Shown here: one piece after another, positions 6,044-11,009 of the stretch
How positions within the stretch are numbered: the first letter of the stretch is position 1
How the letters are laid out: each line of letters starts with the position of its first letter
Assembly: GCA_002779075.1 (NCBI GenBank)
Contig: PEXK01000051.1
Coordinates: 1 to 11,009, forward strand
Length of the DNA: 11,009 bases
Source of the DNA: Candidatus Diapherotrites archaeon CG08_land_8_20_14_0_20_30_16
GTDB taxonomy: Archaea; Iainarchaeota; Iainarchaeia; Iainarchaeales; 0-14-0-20-30-16
Direction: 5' to 3'
Made by a program: the position numbers and the translations under genes
Notes under the pieces: generated by a model
Seen by the model: the letters and a program-made list of their open reading frames with translations, nothing else
What the model was told of the DNA's origin: nothing
The model's database searches: none

Positions 6044-7159
6044 CTAGCCGGTATACTTAATATCTAATTCATCATCAAATTCAGAAACTGGTTTTCTTTT
6101 AGACTGTTTCTCAGCATCTAAATATTGGAAGTAACCTCCAACAATTACAACCATTGCTTTTATCTGAGTCTTTGGTATTTCAGGATCAATCATTGCACCA
6201 AAAATAATATGGGATTCAGGATCAATTTTGCTTGCAACAGCTTCAACAACAGTTTGTGCCTCTTTAATTGTCATATCTGCTCCACCAACAACGTTTATCA
6301 AAGCTCTGTTTGCTGTTGATATATTCACATCCAAAAGAGGACTGCTCAATGCATCCTCAGCAGCTTGCAAAGCCCTGGTATCTGGTGCTGCGCCAGGATC
6401 AGATTCTCCTAAACCAATCATTGCTGCTCCACCACTCTTCAAAATAGTTTTCAAATCAGCAAAATCTAAATTAATCAAACCGACTTTAATAATCATATCT
6501 GTTATTCCCTTTACTGCATTTGCCAGAACCTCATCAGCGACTTTGAATGCTGCGTCTAAAGGTAAATCTGGTGCTATTTCTAATATTTTATCATTTGGGA
6601 TAACAATTACAGTATCAACACTTTTTCTAAGTTTGGTTAAACCATCTAATGCGTAATCCATTCTTGTTTTACCCTCTACTGTAAAAGGTAAGGTAACAAC
6701 ACCAACACTTAGGCAGTCTCCTTCTTTTGCAATTTCACAAACCACAGGTGCACTTCCTGTACCTGTTCCGCCACCTAAACCGCAAGTAATAAAAACTAAA
6801 TCAGATTCTTTTATTATCTTTTCAATTTCTCCTTTTGATTCTTTTGCAGCACCTTCTCCAACTGCTGGATCAGAGCCTGCACCTAAACCTTTTGTAAGTT
6901 TCTTTCCCAATAAAACGCGCTTATCGCAATCTAAATGAGCTAAAGCTTGAGCATCAGTGTTCAATCCTATTAAAACTGTTCCTGTAATACTCATTTCCTT
7001 TAATCTAACAATAGTATTACCACCAGCACCACCAGCACCAATTACTACTATTCTAGGTTTTGCATTTTCCAAAACAGACAATAAATCTTTATCTGGCTCT
7101 ATTTGCTTTTTCTCGCCATTTACAGCACTATTTGTAGCAATTCTAATAAGTGATCTCAT
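6044..7159 (-). CDS. ftsZ: Cell division GTPase FtsZ
   Basis: 'VIGAGGAGGN', the tubulin signature 'GLGGGTGTGSAP', and 'NLDFADL'. The ATG at 7159 is preceded by GGGGGAT, so I prefer it to the track's TTG at 7174. Confidence 0.95.
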   Translation of the reverse strand: MRSLIRIATNSAVNGEKKQIEPDKDLLSVLENAKPRIVVIGAGGAGGNTIVRLKEMSITGTVLIGLNTDAQALAHLDCDKRVLLGKKLTKGLGAGSDPAVGEGAAKESKGEIEKIIKESDLVFITCGLGGGTGTGSAPVVCEIAKEGDCLSVGVVTLPFTVEGKTRMDYALDGLTKLRKSVDTVIVIPNDKILEIAPDLPLDAAFKVADEVLANAVKGITDMIIKVGLINLDFADLKTILKSGGAAMIGLGESDPGAAPDTRALQAAEDALSSPLLDVNISTANRALINVVGGADMTIKEAQTVVEAVASKIDPESHIIFGAMIDPEIPKTQIKAMVVIVGGYFQYLDAEKQSKRKPVSEFDDELDIKYTG

Positions 7160-7174
7160 GAATATCCCCCACAA

Positions 7175-7305
7175 ATTTATAAAACTTAATCAAGTATAAC
7201 ATAATTTGACTTAGAAGGTAATTAATAATATATAACTAGTCAATATAAATTATTATACAAAAACATTTATAAAGAATACCCTGTTTTTTAGGTATTGGTG
7301 AGATT
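7175..7305. promoter_or_regulatory. Divergent promoter region between ftsZ (-) and the LOG-like/R15P isomerase/AMP phosphorylase operon (+)
   Basis: A 131-bp AT-rich spacer. TTTATAAA (7266-7273) lies ~32 nt before the ATG at 7306. An inverted repeat, AATACC (7275-7280) / GGTATT (7291-7296), sits between the TATA and the GGTGA SD (7297-7301). A TATA-like ATTTATAAAA (7175-7184) lies on the ftsZ side. Confidence 0.4.
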
Positions 7306-7956
7306 ATGAGAGTTTCTTTGATAGGCCCTGGAAATGTAGAATATCATTTTAAAGAGCTTCTTAGAATGTCTGAAGACAGATTAATAAAGCACATAGAGAG
7401 TATAGCCGATGTTTTAATTAAAAGCAAAGTTGAGCTTGTATTGCTACCAGATTATGGATTATCTTTAGATATTGCAAAAAAGGTAAAAGAAAATGGAGAT
7501 AATAAAATTATTGCAACAATTCCTTTGGATGATAAAGAGTTGGGTTATGAGCATTTAAAGCAGTTTATTGATTTAAAAGTAGGGGGTAAAAATCTTTTTG
7601 ATGCACAAATTAATACTGGCAATTGGTACAAACAAGATATGACTAAATGTTTATTTGGAGATGTTATACTTTTTTTAGGTTTTTCTTTAGGTAGCATGGG
7701 TGAATTAGTTTATGCTTTTTATCTTTACAAAATCTTAGGAAAGTATGTGAATAAAATAAATAGTGAAATTGTTGCAGGCCAAACAATTCCTTTTACTGTT
7801 TTGATTTACAAACCATTTGTAAAAGGTAAACTGAATTTCGAGATTGAAGAATACATTAATAAAGCTGGCGGGCAAATCTATTATATAAGAAATGCAAAAG
7901 AATTGAAAGAAAAATTGCAAGAATCAGATAACAGAAACATATATAAATCTCTTTAG
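7306..7956 (+). CDS. LOG / TIGR00725-like (SLOG) Rossmann-fold protein with degenerate glycine motifs
   Basis: 216 aa. 'RVSLIGPGN' corresponds to 'IAVIGGS'. 'ELVLLPDYGLSLDIAKKVKENGDNKIIATIP' corresponds to 'LVxGGxxGxMxAxxxGAxxxGGxxIGIxP'. 'GDVILFLGFSLGSMGELVYAF' corresponds to 'DAxIxLPGGxGTxEEL'. Block order fits the LOG/TIGR00725 fold, but most signature Gly residues are replaced. Confidence 0.45.
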   Translation: MRVSLIGPGNVEYHFKELLRMSEDRLIKHIESIADVLIKSKVELVLLPDYGLSLDIAKKVKENGDNKIIATIPLDDKELGYEHLKQFIDLKVGGKNLFDAQINTGNWYKQDMTKCLFGDVILFLGFSLGSMGELVYAFYLYKILGKYVNKINSEIVAGQTIPFTVLIYKPFVKGKLNFEIEEYINKAGGQIYYIRNAKELKEKLQESDNRNIYKSL

Positions 7957-7968
7957 AGTATTTCTTCC

Positions 7969-8955
7969 ATGCAAACTAAACATAAGTTTCTTGCTAAAAC
8001 TCTGCAAATAATAAAAGACATTGATGATCTCAAAGTGCAAGGAGCATCAAATATAGCTTTTGCCTGTCAAGATGCTCTACTTTACGAATTAGGACATTAC
8101 ACAAAAACAAAAGAGGAATTATTAGTATATTTCTTTGCATTATGCAAAGAATTGTGGAGGACAAGACCAACAGAACCTGCAATGAAACATTTTATTGTTT
8201 CTTTCTATTCTGAATTGGATCAGTTTTCAAAAAAAAGAAATTTAAGTGTTGTAAAAAATCACCTGATTCGTTTTGTGAAAAGTTACAAAGAAAACCAGAA
8301 AAAAGACATTAAAAAAATTAGCAAGATTGTTAAGAATTGGGATTTACACAAAAAAGTTGTTGTTTTTACTCATTGTCATTCATCAATTGTTGAAACAGCA
8401 ATTAAAAGTTTACATCACAAAGGGCTGATAGAGTTTGTTGTTAATACAGAAACAAGACCTTTGTTTCAAGGAAGAACAACAGCAAAAAATCTTTCTAAAT
8501 GTGGGATAAAAGTTCATCATATTGTTGATTCATGCGCTTATGCCTATGCTCGATTATTAAAACAAAGAGAAAAAAATATTGTTTTTTTTACAGGCGCAGA
8601 TGTTATAACAAGAAAAGGCGAATTAATAAATAAAATTGGAACAAGCCAGATAAGTTTTTGTATGCATCATTTAGGAATTCAACATTATGTTTTTGCAACA
8701 TCAAATAAAATCGATCCTGTATTCTTAGAGTGGAGTTTAGAAGATATTGAAATAAGAGCACCACAAGAAGTTTGGGATGAACATAACAAGAATATCTTTG
8801 TTCATAATTATGCTTTTGATATTACTCCTGAATATTTAATTAAAAAAATTGTTACAGAAAAAGGAATAATTGAGCCAAAAGAGTTAGTAAAAACTGATAA
8901 CCTGAAAAAAAAAGAAAAAGAATTGTGGTTAGAATTCGAGAATTGGAGGGATTAA
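7969..8955 (+). CDS. Ribose-1,5-bisphosphate isomerase (eIF-2B alpha/beta/delta-like family, e2b2 type)
   Basis: 328 aa. 'VFTHCHSS' carries the candidate catalytic Cys. 'NTETRPLFQGRTTAKNL', 'TGADVITRKGELINKIGTSQ' (candidate catalytic Asp) and 'AFDITPEYLIKKIVTEKGII' follow the IF-2B family pattern. The protein closely resembles my recollection of the Thermococcus R15P isomerase, including its C-terminal end. It is adjacent to AMP phosphorylase. Confidence 0.75.
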   Translation: MQTKHKFLAKTLQIIKDIDDLKVQGASNIAFACQDALLYELGHYTKTKEELLVYFFALCKELWRTRPTEPAMKHFIVSFYSELDQFSKKRNLSVVKNHLIRFVKSYKENQKKDIKKISKIVKNWDLHKKVVVFTHCHSSIVETAIKSLHHKGLIEFVVNTETRPLFQGRTTAKNLSKCGIKVHHIVDSCAYAYARLLKQREKNIVFFTGADVITRKGELINKIGTSQISFCMHHLGIQHYVFATSNKIDPVFLEWSLEDIEIRAPQEVWDEHNKNIFVHNYAFDITPEYLIKKIVTEKGIIEPKELVKTDNLKKKEKELWLEFENWRD

Positions 8956-8974
8956 AATAAAACAATATAGCTTG

Positions 8975-10483
8975 ATGTTGAAACCTGTGAATATTGATTT
9001 GGAAACTGGAATTTCTGTTTGTATAATAAATGAATCTGATGCAAAAAAACTAGGAGTAGAAAGAGATGACCGTTTAATATTAACTAATCCCAGTAATAGA
9101 CTGTTTGTTGCAGCAGTTGTTGATTTAGCAAAGGATATTGTAAAATCAGGAGAAATAGGAATATCGTCTTCTATAAAACAGGAAATTGAATTGGAGTCGT
9201 CGAATACAATAGAAGTTACAAGAGCAGAAAAACCAGAAAGCTTTCAATATATAATAAAGAAAATTAATAATCAAGCACTAAATTTTGATGAAATTAAGCA
9301 ATTGGTAGAAGACATCAGACACAATAAATTGTCAGTTATAGAATTAACTGCATATATGACAGCAGTAAAAATAAATGGCTATAACATTGATGAAATATAT
9401 GCAATGGCAAAAAACATGTCAGACAATGGCAAGAAACTAAATCTGAATGTAGATGGTACAATAGTAGACAAACACAGTATTGGTGGAATAAATGGAAGAG
9501 CAACAATGATTATTGTTCCAATAGTTTCATGCTTTGATGAATTATATATTCCAAAAACAAGTTCTCGTGCAATAACAAGTTCATCAGGCACTGCAGATTC
9601 AATGGAAGTCTTGGCAAATGTAAACATAAACTCTGAACAATTACAAACTGTTGTTGAAAAATGTCATGGTGCAATGGTTTGGGGCGGAGCATTTGAGTTT
9701 GCTCCTGTTGATGATAAAATAATTAAAATAGAAAGACCTTTACAAATGGATCCTCAAGGACAGGTTATTGCATCTGTTTTGTCAAAAAAGCTTTCTGTAG
9801 GTGCAAGAAAAGTAATTGTTGATGTACCTATGGGAAAAGATACAAAAGTAAAGAATTTGGTTGAAGCAGAAGATTTGTCAGGGAAGTTTGTTGCAACAGG
9901 AAAAAAACTAGGAATGGAAATAAGAGCAGTTATAACAGACGCTAGCACACCTTGTGGAAATACTTTTGGACCTGCTTTAGAGGCTCGTTCTGTTTTAGAG
10001 ATTCTAGAAGGCAAAACATATGATAATTTAGCAGAAAAGGCCTGTGAATTAGCAGGAGAATTATTAGAAATGTGTAATGTTGTTGAAAGAGGGCAAGGAT
10101 ACACAAAATCAAGAGAAATTCTAAAAAATGGAAGGGCATTAAAGAAAATGAAACAAATTATTGAAACGCAAGGAAAGAAATTTGATTCCTCAGACAAAGT
10201 TCCTATTGGCGAATTTCATGAAGATGTTTTTTCAACAAAGCAAGGTTATGTAAGAGATATAGGTATTGCAAATTTCACTCAAATAGCATTGGCTTCTGGT
10301 GCACCATTTGACAAAGGTAGTGGTGTTATGTTAATGCAAAAACAAAACAACAGTGTTGACAAAGGTGATCTCTTATTCAAAATCTTTGCAGACAACAAAG
10401 ACAAATTAAATTATGCAACAAATCTTGCAAAGAAAATAGAACCTGTTAAAGTTGACCAAATCATATTGGAAGAAATAAATTGA
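8975..10483 (+). CDS. deoA: AMP phosphorylase (thymidine-phosphorylase family with N-terminal extension domain, archaeal DeoA type)
   Basis: 502 aa from the ATG at 8975 (the track's TTG is at 8972). Blocks include 'DKHSIGGINGRATMIIVPIV', 'IPKTSSRAITSSSGTADSMEVLA', 'VWGGAFEFAPVDDKIIKIERPLQMDP' and 'GPALEARSVLEIL'. An ~85-aa N-terminal domain ('ISVCIINESDAKKLGVERDDRL') distinguishes AMP phosphorylases from plain thymidine phosphorylases. Confidence 0.85.
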   Translation: MLKPVNIDLETGISVCIINESDAKKLGVERDDRLILTNPSNRLFVAAVVDLAKDIVKSGEIGISSSIKQEIELESSNTIEVTRAEKPESFQYIIKKINNQALNFDEIKQLVEDIRHNKLSVIELTAYMTAVKINGYNIDEIYAMAKNMSDNGKKLNLNVDGTIVDKHSIGGINGRATMIIVPIVSCFDELYIPKTSSRAITSSSGTADSMEVLANVNINSEQLQTVVEKCHGAMVWGGAFEFAPVDDKIIKIERPLQMDPQGQVIASVLSKKLSVGARKVIVDVPMGKDTKVKNLVEAEDLSGKFVATGKKLGMEIRAVITDASTPCGNTFGPALEARSVLEILEGKTYDNLAEKACELAGELLEMCNVVERGQGYTKSREILKNGRALKKMKQIIETQGKKFDSSDKVPIGEFHEDVFSTKQGYVRDIGIANFTQIALASGAPFDKGSGVMLMQKQNNSVDKGDLLFKIFADNKDKLNYATNLAKKIEPVKVDQIILEEIN

Positions 10484-10488
10484 GAAAT

Positions 10489-10740
10489 ATGACTGGAGAA
10501 AATGCATTGGTTGTTTTTCAAGACAAAAAGATTAGAAGAATTTGGCACAATGATGAATGGTGCTTTGTTTTAGATGATATTATTGTTGCATTAACCGAAT
10601 CTAAAGATCCTAAACAATATATTAAAAGAGTTAGATCAAGAGATCCGATATTATCGCAAGGATGGGTACAGATTGTACCTACCCTTTTAGTTGATACTCC
10701 TGGAGGAAAACAAAAAATGAATTGTGTCAATAAAATGTAA
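10489..10740 (+). CDS. Bro-N domain protein, N-terminal fragment (DinD / antirepressor-like)
   Basis: 'VVFQDKKIRRIWHNDEWCFVLDDIIVALTESKDPKQYIKRVRSRD' matches the widespread Bro-N 'FxxxxIRxxxxxxEpWFxxxDvxxxL' opening. The ORF stops after 'GGKQKMNCVNKM', where full-length homologues continue. I prefer the ATG at 10489 to the TTG at 10480. Confidence 0.6.
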   Translation: MTGENALVVFQDKKIRRIWHNDEWCFVLDDIIVALTESKDPKQYIKRVRSRDPILSQGWVQIVPTLLVDTPGGKQKMNCVNKM

Positions 10741-10754
10741 ATCTAAGAGATCAT

Positions 10755-10991
10755 ATGAATGATTTAGAATTAATATTTACAATGTTAAGTGAGAAAGTAT
10801 CTACTGAAATTACTAAAAAAGAAGATGCTCAAAGATTCCCAAAATGTAAAGATGCAGCAAAACGTGGTGGAAAAGTTGCAGGTAATGCAAGAAAAGAAAC
10901 AGAAAAGGAAATAGGTAGACCTATATCATCTAATGAAAATTATTTAAAGAATACAGAAAAAGACAAGAAAAAGCAAGTGATAAAAAAGTGA
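10755..10991 (+). CDS. C-terminal fragment of the same Bro-N/DinD-like gene family
   Basis: 'MNDLELIFTMLSEKVSTEITKKED...AAKRGGKVAGNARKETEKEIGRPISSNENYL' matches my recollection of the conserved C-terminal tail of long Bro-N/DinD-like proteins. It starts only 14 nt after the preceding fragment. Confidence 0.5.
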   Translation: MNDLELIFTMLSEKVSTEITKKEDAQRFPKCKDAAKRGGKVAGNARKETEKEIGRPISSNENYLKNTEKDKKKQVIKK

Positions 10992-11009
10992 GAAAATGAA
11001 AGTATTATT

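Noticed and set aside
6125-7199. Plus-strand ORFs 6125-6319, 6228-6656 and 6957-7199
   Set aside because: They lie entirely antisense to the strongly supported ftsZ gene. Their low-complexity Ala/Ser/Ile-rich translations are typical shadow ORFs.
9379-10197. Minus-strand ORFs 9379-9627, 9510-9692, 9754-10197 and 9942-10139
   Set aside because: They are antisense shadows inside the AMP phosphorylase gene. They have no start context and no recognisable motifs.
1654-10482. Upstream TTG/GTG starts proposed by the ORF track at 1654, 3710, 7174, 8972 and 10480
   Set aside because: In each case an ATG a few codons downstream has a better-placed SD-like element, or matches the canonical family N-terminus (for example MEYIYAAMLL for P1). 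I therefore moved the starts to 1669, 3722, 7159, 8975 and 10489.
1-11009. CRISPR arrays, tRNA/rRNA genes, transposases or integrases
   Set aside because: No spaced repeat arrays were seen. No intergenic region is long enough for a tRNA with a recognisable T-arm, and no ORF has transposase or integrase motifs.

Overview
AT-rich (roughly 30% GC), tightly packed archaeal chromosome segment. The reduced, divergent proteins suggest a DPANN-like lineage, but that is inference. All family calls come from motif recognition by eye, with no database search. The core is the archaeal ftsZ-secE-spt5(nusG)-rpl11 / rpl1-rplP0-rpl12 supercluster, here rearranged: L1-P0-P1 lie on the + strand (2114..4021) and converge on L11-Spt5-SecE-FtsZ on the - strand (4530..7159). 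The ~500-bp junction holds three hairpins with an oligo-T terminator and a RelE/ParE-like toxin pseudogene with an in-frame TAA and no antitoxin. At the left end, a presenilin-like GxGD intramembrane protease is followed by three tandem ~110-aa ORFs. These share an ungapped C-terminal P-x13-[DN]P helical motif, and two carry K/R/P-rich AT-hook-like N-tails. A fourth, more distant look-alike sits antisense between spt5 and rpl11. I consider this unrecognised small-protein family the best candidate for something undescribed. At the right end, an apparent operon encodes a degenerate LOG/TIGR00725-like Rossmann protein, ribose-1,5-bisphosphate isomerase and AMP phosphorylase (the archaeal AMP/RuBisCO salvage module, with RuBisCO not in the window). 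After that come two fragments of a Bro-N/DinD-like gene that has lost its middle. I found no rRNA, tRNA, CRISPR array or obvious transposase.
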